A stretch of 64,000 nt of DNA from Planctomycetota bacterium. Its GTDB lineage: Bacteria > Planctomycetota > UBA1135 > UBA2386. A model generated the notes under the pieces. That model was not told where the DNA came from and did no database searches. It saw only the letters and a list, made by a program, of their open reading frames with translations. Positions 29,214 to 37,701 of this stretch are shown here, piece after piece. A program made the position numbers and the translations under genes. The stretch lies in NCBI GenBank assembly GCA_965228735.1, contig OZ245838.1, positions 2,752,001-2,816,000 on the forward strand, written 5' to 3'. Position 1 is the stretch's first letter. Every line of letters starts with the position of its first letter.

Positions 29214-30122
29214 ATGGATCTCCCGGGAACGCAAGCGAGCCCGCTGCCGTACTGCGGAGCCGTCGACCAGCGTCGCGACCGGATCGGCACCCGCTACTCG
29301 CTGCCGCGTTGTTCGACGGACCTGAGCGAGCGCACGCGGTACGACTACAACACGCTCGGCTACCGCGGGCCGGAGTTCGATCCCAACGCGCGGCTGCGGA
29401 TCTACGCGTTCGGCGAGAGCGACGCGTTCGGCGTCGGCGTCGAGCTGGCGGACGCCTGGCCGTCCCGCGTCGCCGAGTTCGTGCGCACGAGGCTCGGACT
29501 CGCGGATCGCGAAGTGTGCTGCCTCAACTTCGCCGAGCCGGGCGGGTCCAACGCGCTGATCGCGCGATCGGTGATCAGCCAGTGCACGGCAGCGCCGCCG
29601 CACCTCGTGCTCGTCAACCTCGCGGAAGCGCGCCGCGCCGAGGTGCTCGTCGAGGACGAAGCGTTCAACGCCGGACCGTGGTTCGAGGACCCGAAGGAGC
29701 GGCGCCGGATCAAGCGGAGCGTGCGAGGGCACCCGCGCGCCGCGGTCTACGGGGAAGCGCTCGATCGGGCCGCCGGATACCTCACGTTCGCCAACCACCT
29801 GAACGCCGCGCAGGCCACCCTGCACGACCTGCTCCTCATGCAGCTGTTCGTCAAGAGCCGGAACATCCCCGCGATCGCGACCGCGCGCCCGGCGCTCGAC
29901 CCGACGCGCGGACCGCAGTGCAACCACGCGGCCACGCGACCGTTGCTCGCCGCCGTCGACCCGAGCTTCTTCGCGGCGCACGCGGTCCGCACCAGCGAGC
30001 ATGCGCCGGCGGCCGATGGCGCGCACCTGGGCACGGCGGCGCAGCGAGCGATCGCGGACACGATCTGCCGGCAACTCGAGACCCGTGGTGTGCTTGCGCG
30101 GGTACAGGCGGCAGTGCGTTGA
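29214..30122 (+). CDS. SGNH/GDSL-like hydrolase (hypothetical)
   Basis: YNTLGYRG, AFGESDAFGVGV (block I-like), NFAEPGGSN, C-terminal DGAH. Confidence 0.6.
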   Translation: MDLPGTQASPLPYCGAVDQRRDRIGTRYSLPRCSTDLSERTRYDYNTLGYRGPEFDPNARLRIYAFGESDAFGVGVELADAWPSRVAEFVRTRLGLADREVCCLNFAEPGGSNALIARSVISQCTAAPPHLVLVNLAEARRAEVLVEDEAFNAGPWFEDPKERRRIKRSVRGHPRAAVYGEALDRAAGYLTFANHLNAAQATLHDLLLMQLFVKSRNIPAIATARPALDPTRGPQCNHAATRPLLAAVDPSFFAAHAVRTSEHAPAADGAHLGTAAQRAIADTICRQLETRGVLARVQAAVR

Positions 30123-30137
30123 CCCCGGGGCGGCGCG

Positions 30138-31271
30138 TCAGCTCCCGTGCGCGAACTTCGCGTAGCTGAGTTCGTTCGTTCCGAACCAGCGGAAGCTCTC
30201 GGTGCGGAACTTGCGCCAGTGCTCGAGGATCTCGCGATACGACGAGTCACCCGCGGCCTCGTCGTCGAGCAGGCTCTCCGACGCGTCGCGCGCCGCGCGC
30301 ATGATGTCGTCGCCGAACGGGCGCAGCTGCACACCGTTGTCGAGGAGCCGCCGCAGCGCCTGCGGGTTCTGGTGGTCGTAGCGCCGCTGCATCGTCGCGG
30401 CCGCGACCTGCGTCGCCGCTTCGAACGCGGCCTGGTAGTCGGCCGGCAGCCGATCCCACGCGGCCTGGTTCACGAAGAACCCGAGCGACGGGCCGGGTTC
30501 CCACCAGCCGGGGTAGTAGTAGTTCTTCGCGACGCGGTGGAAGCCGAGCTTCTCGTCGTCGTAGGGCCCGACGAACTCGGTCGCGTCGATCGCGCCGCGC
30601 TCGAGCGCGGGATAGATGTCCCCGCCGGCGAGCACCTGCACCGACACGCCGAGCCGATCCATGACCTTGCCCCCGAGGCCCGGGATGCGCATCCGCAGTC
30701 CGCGCAGTCCACCCACCGACTCGACGGGCTCGCGGAACCACCCGCCCATCTGCGCGCCGGTCGACCCGCAGTAGAAGTTGCGGATGCCGAAGTCGCTGTA
30801 GACCTTCCGCAGCAGCTCGAGCCCACCGGCCTCGAGCAGCCACGCCATCTGCTCCCGCGACGTGAGGCCGAACGGCACGCAGGTATCGAACGCGAGTGCG
30901 GGAGCCTTGCCGGTGTAGTAGTAGCCGCCCGTCTGACCGACCTCGGCCGAACCCTTCTGCACCGCGTCCATCACCTGCAGCCCGGGCACGAGCTCGCCGG
31001 CCTGATGGCACAGGATCCGGAACGCGCCATCCGTCATCGCGGCGACCCGTTCGGCGAGCACCTCGGACGCCCCGTACAGCGTGTCGAGCGAACTCGGGAA
31101 GCTCGACGCGAGCCGCCACTCGACGAGTTTCCGCCCCTTCGCGACCCCGGCGCGCGCGCCGGCATCGCGCCGCATGACCCCGGTCGTCGCGGCCCCGACG
31201 ACCCCGGCCGCAGCGCCCACGAGCCCCCCGGTCAGAAACGTCCGCCGCTGATCGAAACCCGAATCGGCCAT
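30138..31271 (-). CDS. dctP: TRAP substrate-binding protein (DctP/TakP type), Tat-exported
   Basis: QRRTFL Tat motif; WRLASSFP, QMGGWF, MRIPGLGG, IYPALERGAIDATEFVGPYDD, YYYPGWWE. Confidence 0.9.
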   Translation of the reverse strand: MADSGFDQRRTFLTGGLVGAAAGVVGAATTGVMRRDAGARAGVAKGRKLVEWRLASSFPSSLDTLYGASEVLAERVAAMTDGAFRILCHQAGELVPGLQVMDAVQKGSAEVGQTGGYYYTGKAPALAFDTCVPFGLTSREQMAWLLEAGGLELLRKVYSDFGIRNFYCGSTGAQMGGWFREPVESVGGLRGLRMRIPGLGGKVMDRLGVSVQVLAGGDIYPALERGAIDATEFVGPYDDEKLGFHRVAKNYYYPGWWEPGPSLGFFVNQAAWDRLPADYQAAFEAATQVAAATMQRRYDHQNPQALRRLLDNGVQLRPFGDDIMRAARDASESLLDDEAAGDSSYREILEHWRKFRTESFRWFGTNELSYAKFAHGS

Positions 31272-31321
31272 GAACCAGAGCCTACGTGGTGATGCCGTAC
31301 GGTACGCGGTTCAAACCGCAA

Positions 31322-31415
31322 GGCCGTACGGTACCTGGTTCATGCTGCCGGCCGCGAGGGCGTTGCCTCCCGGGCGGCGTTGCGGCCGGCAGCATGAACC
31401 AGGTACCGTACGGCC
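31322..31415. repeat. Perfect 34-bp inverted repeat; REP/MITE-like element copy 1
   Basis: GGCCGTACGGTACCTGGTTCATGCTGCCGGCCGC (31322-31355) and its exact reverse complement (31382-31415); extra degenerate arm at 31294-31313. Confidence 0.9.
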
Positions 31416-31416
31416 A

Positions 31417-32535
31417 TCACAGCCACTGCTGCACTGCTGCGAGCACCGTGCGCGGTTCGATCAGCGCCTGGCAGTGCGGGACCTTGTCACAACGTGGCAG
31501 GTAGCAGCAGATGCAGTCCAGGTCGGGCACGAGCTTGCTGCCGCGGCCGTAGAGTTCGATCTCGGGTGCCGAGGTCGGGCCGAAGAGGACGACGGCCGGG
31601 GTCTTGCGCGCGGCCGCGACGTGCACCGCGAGCGAGTCGCTCGTGACGACGACGCGGCAGGCGTCGATGAGGGCGGCGAAGCGACCGAACGTGTTCTCGT
31701 TGCCGCCGTCGAACACCGGTCGGCCCTCGGCGCCGGCGATCAGGTCGCGATGGCGCGCGCTCTCCTCCGGGCCACCGAGCAGCAGAACGGCGAGCCCAGC
31801 GTCGGTCGCGAGTTCGAGGAACGTGCGCTGGTGCTCGAGCGTCCAGCGCTTGTATTCCCACCGCCCGCCCGCACCCGTGTTGAGTCCGACGAGCGGTCGG
31901 TCGCTGCCGAGACCGGCCACGAACTCCTTCGCGCTCGCGGTCTCGCGTTCCTTCGGCTCGAGCACCGGCTCCGTCACCTGCGCCGGGTCGAAGCCGAGCA
32001 CGCGCGCGACGAGCGCCTGGTAGGTCTCCTGGTTCGCTCGTTTCTGCACGTCGTCGACGCCCATGCCGAGCCACAGAGCTGCGCCATCGGACAGCGGCAC
32101 GACGCGGCCATTGGCGTCGCGCACGTAGCCGCGCCGTTCCTTCGCGCGGGCCATCGCCGCGAGTGCGGCCGCGTCGGGATCCGCGTCGGGACAGAGCACG
32201 ACGTCGAAGTCCTCGGTCGACAACCGCGCGGCCGTCACCGCGTCGCCGGTCGTCAGCACCTCGTCGACGAACGGGTTGCCGTCGAACAACGCCGCGGCGG
32301 CCGGCCGCGTGACCCAGGTGACGTGCGCGCCCGGCCAGGTCGTGTGCACCGCGGGCAGGAACGCCGTCGTCCGCAGCACGTCGCCCGTCGCCGCGAGCTT
32401 GACCATGAGCACCCGATGCCGGACCCGGTCGTACTCGTCGCAGCTCCCGCACACCTTCCCGCGCTGCTTGTGCGGCGCGCACGGCCGGTCCCAGCGCACG
32501 TGGCGGCAGTCGGTTCGGAGGTCTTCGGGCTTCAC
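31417..32535 (-). CDS. GT9 family (ADP-heptose:LPS heptosyltransferase-like) glycosyltransferase
   Basis: VKLAATGDVLRT, GLNTGAGGRWEYKRW, VVTSDSLAVHVAAA, LFGPT. GTG start inferred. Confidence 0.9.
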   Translation of the reverse strand: MKPEDLRTDCRHVRWDRPCAPHKQRGKVCGSCDEYDRVRHRVLMVKLAATGDVLRTTAFLPAVHTTWPGAHVTWVTRPAAAALFDGNPFVDEVLTTGDAVTAARLSTEDFDVVLCPDADPDAAALAAMARAKERRGYVRDANGRVVPLSDGAALWLGMGVDDVQKRANQETYQALVARVLGFDPAQVTEPVLEPKERETASAKEFVAGLGSDRPLVGLNTGAGGRWEYKRWTLEHQRTFLELATDAGLAVLLLGGPEESARHRDLIAGAEGRPVFDGGNENTFGRFAALIDACRVVVTSDSLAVHVAAARKTPAVVLFGPTSAPEIELYGRGSKLVPDLDCICCYLPRCDKVPHCQALIEPRTVLAAVQQWL

Positions 32536-32628
32536 TGAGGACGTATCGGCAGCACGCGGCGCGAACAAAACCTAGCAGACCGGCGGCCCGGGATTGGACA
32601 CAACCCGGTCAACACCGAGACTTCATTC

Positions 32629-33066
32629 ATGCTCGAACCAGGTCAACCCGCTCCCGACTTCACCGTCCCCGACGAGAACGGCAAGCAGCACTCGCTCGCC
32701 GACTACCAAGGCAAGACGCTCGTCCTGTGGTTCTACCCCAAGGCCGACACGCCGGGTTGAACCGCGCAGGGCAAGGGGCTCCGTGATCGATTCCCCCAGT
32801 TCCTCGCCAAGAACGCCACGGTCCTCGGCGCGTCCACGGACGACGCCGCCGCCAATCAGGCGTTTCGCAGCAAGTTCGACTTCCCGTTCCCGCTGCTCTG
32901 CGACACGGACCACACGCTCGCCAAGGCCTACGGCGCGATCGCGGACGGCGCCGAGAACGCGAGCCGCGCGGCCGTCGTGATCGACCCGGACGGCAACGTC
33001 CATCGCTACTGGCCGAAGGTCGACGCGCAGAAGTTCGCCGAGATGGTGTTCCACGAACTCCCGTGA
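32629..33066 (+). CDS. bcp: Peroxiredoxin (BCP/PrxQ type) with in-frame TGA at the peroxidatic position; probable selenoprotein
   Basis: MLEPGQPAPDF...LVLWFYPKADTPG[TGA 32758-32760]TAQGKGLRD...VLGASTD...FPLLCD...RAAVVIDPDG; one continuous frame through the TGA to the stop at 33064-33066 (145 aa). Confidence 0.88.
32775..32796 (+). promoter_or_regulatory. Candidate bacterial SECIS hairpin
   Basis: GGGG-c-TC[cGUgauc]GA-uu-CCCC; apical loop begins ~21 nt after the UGA, with GU near the loop start. The stem is weak and was folded by eye. Confidence 0.4.
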
Positions 33067-33096
33067 CCGCTGGCGGCCCGGCATGATGGGGTCGCC

Positions 33097-33663
33097 ATGA
33101 CTGCTCTCACCATGCTGTGGCTGCCGATCCTGCTGTCGGCGGTGTTCGTCTTCGTCGTCAGCTCGATCATCCACATGGTCCTGCCGATCCATCGCAAGGA
33201 CTTCGGCAAGGTGCCGAACGAGGACGACGTCCGCACCGCCATCCGCGCGGCCAACGTCCCGCCCGGGCAGTACATGCTGCCGTGCGCCGGCTCGATGAAG
33301 GAGGCGCAGGAGACCGACTTCATGAGCAAGCTCAAGGAAGGCCCGGTCGCGACGATGATCGTGCGGCCGAACGGCATGTGGAGCATGGGCCCGGCCCTCC
33401 TCAAGTGGTTCGTGTTCAGCCTGCTCGTCAGCGTGTTCTGCGGCTACCTCACGGGCATCCACGTCGCCCCGGGCGGCGAGGCGATCACCGTGTTCCAGAT
33501 GACGGGCGCGATCGCGGTGCTCGGCTACGTGTTCACCCACGTGCACGAGTGGACGTGGAAGGGCCTCGGCACGAACATCATGGTGAAGTTCGCGATCGAT
33601 GGGGTGATCTACGCGCTCGTCACGGCCGGCACGTTTGCGTGGTTGTGGCCGTCCGCGGTCTGA
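33097..33663 (+). CDS. Conserved-looking integral membrane protein
   Basis: Several hydrophobic helices; strong GC3 codon bias. Confidence 0.75.
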   Translation: MTALTMLWLPILLSAVFVFVVSSIIHMVLPIHRKDFGKVPNEDDVRTAIRAANVPPGQYMLPCAGSMKEAQETDFMSKLKEGPVATMIVRPNGMWSMGPALLKWFVFSLLVSVFCGYLTGIHVAPGGEAITVFQMTGAIAVLGYVFTHVHEWTWKGLGTNIMVKFAIDGVIYALVTAGTFAWLWPSAV

Positions 33664-33669
33664 GACCGA

Positions 33670-34188
33670 CTACCGCTCGCGTGACGCGAGCTTCCAGACC
33701 GCGTTGCTGAAGAGCATCGACAGGCCGACGACGATGAATACCGCCGCTACGAGCAGATAGAGGTAGGGCGTCACATCGCCGTCCATCATCCCGAACATCG
33801 ACAGGATGCCGGGCAACAACAACACGCCGTAGACGGCGACCAGCAGACCGCAGACCTTGAGCGCGACCCACAGCCAGTCGTAGCGGTCGAGCCCGGGCGC
33901 CGTCGTCGCGGGAACTGCCGGAGCAGTCGACTCCGGTCGATCCGCGTCCCGACCGACTCGATCCACCCCCATCGCGCGCAGCATCGGCTCGATGTTGGCG
34001 AACAGCAGGAACAGGCCCGCGATCAGCGGAATGCCGCTGTCGAGAAACGCCGCGAGCGATTCGTTGTTGTCCTTCTCCGTCCAGCGATGCAGCGTCATCA
34101 CGGCGTCTGGCACGGCGACGACCCCCTCGACGAGCAGCCACAATCCGCTCGCCTTGACGAGCAACCACGCGATGTCGTCCCGCTCCAT
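33670..34188 (-). CDS. Small membrane protein with an internal duplication
   Basis: RDDIAWLLVKASGLWLLVEGV resembles RYDWLWVALKVCGLLVAVYGV; about 4 TM segments. Confidence 0.6.
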   Translation of the reverse strand: MERDDIAWLLVKASGLWLLVEGVVAVPDAVMTLHRWTEKDNNESLAAFLDSGIPLIAGLFLLFANIEPMLRAMGVDRVGRDADRPESTAPAVPATTAPGLDRYDWLWVALKVCGLLVAVYGVLLLPGILSMFGMMDGDVTPYLYLLVAAVFIVVGLSMLFSNAVWKLASRER

Positions 34189-34199
34189 GACGGCGGAGT

Positions 34200-35297
34200 C
34201 TATCCGCCAGCCGCGACGAGCCGCTGGACCACCGCCTCGATCTCCGGCCCGAGCCGGTCCGCGGTGAACATCGCCAGGCACCGCTCGCGCCCGAGCGCCC
34301 CGTGCTCCTCACCGAGCTCGGGATCCTCGAGGTAGCCGGCGAGCGCCGCGGCCAGCGCGGGGGCGTCACCCTTCGGCACCACGGCGCCGGTCTCGCCCGC
34401 GACGACGATCTCGCCGTTGCCGCCAGCATCGGACACCACCTGCGGCAGCGCCGCGAACCCGGCCTCGAGGCACGCGTTGCACAGCCCCTCGTGGAACGAC
34501 GGCATCGTGAACACGTCGGAGCTCGCGTAGACGTCGTGCACGGGCTTGACCGGCCCCGGCAGCAGCACGCGGTCTTCGAGGCCGAGGCGTTGGCTCTGCC
34601 CGCGCAGCTTCTCCAGCTCGCTGCCGCCGCCGGCGAGCAGCAGCACCGCGCGCGGGAACTGCGGCGCCAGCTGCGCGAACGCGTCGATGAGCACGTGCTG
34701 CCCCTTCCGCGGTCGCAGCACGCCCGCGAGGCTGATCACCTGCGCGTCTGCCGCGATGCCGAGCCGTTCGCGCGCGACGGCCTTCTGCTCCTGCAGCCCC
34801 GTCCACGGCGCCGGATCGATGCCGTCGTAGACGAGCGTGATCCGATTCTCCGGGACCCCACCGTGCAGCAGCCGCCGCCGGATCGCGTCACAGATCGCGA
34901 TCGTGTGATCGACGAGCTTCACGTACCGCGCGCCGCCGAACAGCCCCGGCTTGATCGGGTAGTCGATGCGTCGGATCGTGAACTTCTTCGCCGGGTGCCG
35001 CCGCAGCACGAGTCCTGCCGTGACCATCGATCGCGGACACGCGTAGTGGATCACGTCCGGCTCGACCGTGCGCGCGACGCGCCGCACCTTGGTCCACAGA
35101 TCCGGCCGCCACCACCGACGCAACGGAGCGGTGTGGTATGGCACCCCGAGTTCGTCGGCGACGGGAGCGAACCTCGCCCCGGACGCGAGCAGCAGGTGGT
35201 TGTCGTGCCCCGCTGCGATGAAGTGCTCGAGGATCAGGCGCAGCTGGGTCTCGCCGCCGGAGAAGCCGGTCTCGGCGAGGACGTGCAGCAGACGCAT
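34200..35297 (-). CDS. GT4 family glycosyltransferase
   Basis: FSGGE, RKGQ, PSFHEGLCNACLEA (EX7E). Confidence 0.9.
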   Translation of the reverse strand: MRLLHVLAETGFSGGETQLRLILEHFIAAGHDNHLLLASGARFAPVADELGVPYHTAPLRRWWRPDLWTKVRRVARTVEPDVIHYACPRSMVTAGLVLRRHPAKKFTIRRIDYPIKPGLFGGARYVKLVDHTIAICDAIRRRLLHGGVPENRITLVYDGIDPAPWTGLQEQKAVARERLGIAADAQVISLAGVLRPRKGQHVLIDAFAQLAPQFPRAVLLLAGGGSELEKLRGQSQRLGLEDRVLLPGPVKPVHDVYASSDVFTMPSFHEGLCNACLEAGFAALPQVVSDAGGNGEIVVAGETGAVVPKGDAPALAAALAGYLEDPELGEEHGALGRERCLAMFTADRLGPEIEAVVQRLVAAGG

Positions 35298-35327
35298 GGC
35301 GTGCGCGCGCGGCCGGCGCGGCGGCCG

Positions 35328-36530
35328 TCAGCGCCCCTCGATGGAGCTCGGCGCCGGCGCCGGCACGCTTCCTTTGGCAGTGCCCGCATCCACCACACCC
35401 GCGTCCTCGAGTTGATCACCGACCGACGGCAACCCGGTCTGCAGCCAATGCAGGATGCGCGCGACCCGATGGAAGTAGCGGTGATGCTGCATCACCTCCG
35501 CGTGACCGCTCGCGGCGATGCGCGCCCGTTCGTCGGGCTGGTTGAGCCAGTTCTCGATCTGCTCGAGCGCCTCGTCCTCGTCGTGATACCACGCGAGGTG
35601 CTCGCCGTGGCCGAACACCTTCTCGAGCCGCGGCACGTAGTGCGTCAGGTGGAACCCGCCGCACGCCAGCGTGAGGAACGTGCGGTTGCTGAAGTAGTAG
35701 GCGTCGTCGTTGACCTCGTTGATCCCGAGGACGATGCGCGAACTCGCGCACACCTTGGCGTACTCGCGGTTCTTCACCGCCCCACGCACGCGCAGGTTGC
35801 CCTTGAGGTGCGGCCACCGATCCCAGTGCATGCCGAACACCTGGGTGTCGAAGCGCTCGGCGACGCGCGCGAGGAACGACGCGCGCTGCCCCTTGCGGCC
35901 CGGGCCACCGATGAACGCGACGTCGCGGACCTTCTTCTGCGCCGGTGCCGGGTGATGGAAGCGCGGCGTGAACCCGCTCATCAGGAACGCCATGTTGTCG
36001 AGCCCGCGCTCCCGCAGCCACGCGAAGCGCGCCGGGTTGCTCATGCAGATCATGTCCGCGAGCTCGAAGTAGTCGACGATCGAGCCGTCGAGCGACTCGA
36101 GGGCCTCTTCGCACCACACGACGATGCGGGCATCGCGCCGAAATTCGGCCGCGAGCGCCGCCGGCAGATCGCGGAAGAACACGAACACCGTGTCCGGCTG
36201 GTAGCGGTGGAATTCCGCCCGAGCCATTTTGTTCGCGAGGTTGGCGCCGAACCAGCGGCGCCACGTCGTGAGGTTGCGCCAACGCACCTCGGCGCCGTGT
36301 TCGCGCAGTGCATCGACGAGCGCGCCCGTGCACCGCGTCCGCGACATGCTCTTGCCGTAGAACAGCACGCGTCTTACGGGCCCCAGGCGGGAGGCGTTCA
36401 GTCGCGCGGAACCCGCAGCCGTTGCACTCGCGCCAGCCGCTCCCCCGTGGGCCGCCCCACCTCTCGGCGGAACGGCAGGAAGGATGACCGGCTGGCTGTC
36501 GCCGTCTATCTGGTTGTCCTCAGTCCCCAT
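35328..36530 (-). CDS. Glycosyltransferase (CgeB/YkvP-like, GT-B fold)
   Basis: DVAFIGG, SRIVLGIN, SNRTFLTLACGGFHLT, ERARIAASG. Start uncertain. Confidence 0.8.
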   Translation of the reverse strand: MGTEDNQIDGDSQPVILPAVPPRGGAAHGGAAGASATAAGSARLNASRLGPVRRVLFYGKSMSRTRCTGALVDALREHGAEVRWRNLTTWRRWFGANLANKMARAEFHRYQPDTVFVFFRDLPAALAAEFRRDARIVVWCEEALESLDGSIVDYFELADMICMSNPARFAWLRERGLDNMAFLMSGFTPRFHHPAPAQKKVRDVAFIGGPGRKGQRASFLARVAERFDTQVFGMHWDRWPHLKGNLRVRGAVKNREYAKVCASSRIVLGINEVNDDAYYFSNRTFLTLACGGFHLTHYVPRLEKVFGHGEHLAWYHDEDEALEQIENWLNQPDERARIAASGHAEVMQHHRYFHRVARILHWLQTGLPSVGDQLEDAGVVDAGTAKGSVPAPAPSSIEGR

Positions 36531-36627
36531 CCGCGTCCGCCCCCATCCGTGCCGGGTAGGCGAGGTGCCACAGGCGCTCGCTCGACCGCCGTAGTTGTCA
36601 CCCCGATCCTGGTAAGCGCCGTCCTCG

Positions 36628-37701
36628 TCAATGCCGGCCGTCGAGTCGCGCAGAGCCCGACCTGGCAATTGCGAGTTCTTGCTCGATTCGTTCCTCGCTG
36701 CACGTTGTTGGAACATACAAAGCAGTGCCGCCGCCGAGCCACCACCACTTTCGGAAGAAAGCCCAGAACACGGGCGAACGGGAACCGAACAACTGATTGG
36801 CGCGCTGACCGAGCCACACGTCGCGGAAGTCGTGACGACCGGGCAACCAGCGACCGTCGGGTTGCTCGCCCCGGTGGCTGTGGAGCACGCCGGACCAGCG
36901 CACCCGGCGCGTGAATCCGGTCGACTCGCGCAGACAACGCAGGACGCGCCGGCGCGCGTAGGCCTGCCGCTCCGCCGCGGCCCGCACCAGCGCCTCGTCG
37001 AGTTCGGCCTCATCGTGCAGGAGACCGCCTTGCACGAGCTCCGCGGCCTGCTCCACCGGCACGTCGCGCACGAGTCGTGCGGCGGCGGCAAGTCGCGCCG
37101 CGCGGTCGGTGCGCGGCGAGGACTCGGCACTCGCGGACTGCAGGTCGAGGACGGCGACCTCGCCGCTCGCGAGGCGCACGAAGTTGTCGGCATGCAGATC
37201 GCGGTGCACGATCCCGGACGCCAGCAGGCGGACCGCCAGCGCTGCCTGCTCGGCCAGCCTCGGTGGTGTGGCCTCGGCGGCCGGCAGCGGCAGCGCTCGC
37301 GTGACGAGCCACGAGCGCCAGGGCAGCCCCAGGCGCCGGGTCTCGCGCACGTCGACGACCTCGGGGCAGGGGATGCCGGCGGCGCGCACCCGGGCCAGCA
37401 TCGCGGCCTCGTGCGCGGCGGGCAGGGATCGCACGAGGTAGCGGAGGCGGTCCTTGAGGCGCGGGAACGTCATCGTCTTCACGAACACGTCCCCGACCGG
37501 CAGGGTCGCGCGGTGCACGCTGCGGATCAGGCGCGTCTGGACCGGCGCCAGCGCGGCCGGCAGCTCACCCGTCGCGGCGAAGTGACGCCACCATTGGCCG
37601 AGGCTCTCGCGTTCGGCCGCCGTCGCTGCGGTCGGCACCGCAGCCGACGCCCCATCCGACGCCAGACCCGAAGAACGGGCGGACCCGGACCCCGACGTCA
37701 C
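36628..37701 (-). CDS. LPS/sugar kinase (Kdo/WaaP/InaA-like)
   Basis: VFVK, E..ML, GIPCP, GIVHRDLHADN, VLDL kinase motifs; lies within the glycosyltransferase cluster. Confidence 0.75.
   Translation of the reverse strand: MTSGSGSARSSGLASDGASAAVPTAATAAERESLGQWWRHFAATGELPAALAPVQTRLIRSVHRATLPVGDVFVKTMTFPRLKDRLRYLVRSLPAAHEAAMLARVRAAGIPCPEVVDVRETRRLGLPWRSWLVTRALPLPAAEATPPRLAEQAALAVRLLASGIVHRDLHADNFVRLASGEVAVLDLQSASAESSPRTDRAARLAAAARLVRDVPVEQAAELVQGGLLHDEAELDEALVRAAAERQAYARRRVLRCLRESTGFTRRVRWSGVLHSHRGEQPDGRWLPGRHDFRDVWLGQRANQLFGSRSPVFWAFFRKWWWLGGGTALYVPTTCSEERIEQELAIARSGSARLDGRH

Noticed and set aside
32594..32980. 128-aa ORF-track call over the peroxiredoxin, and the reading of the locus as a pseudogene
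   Set aside because: That frame has no motifs. The Prx frame is intact apart from one TGA at the catalytic codon, so a pseudogene is less likely, though not excluded.
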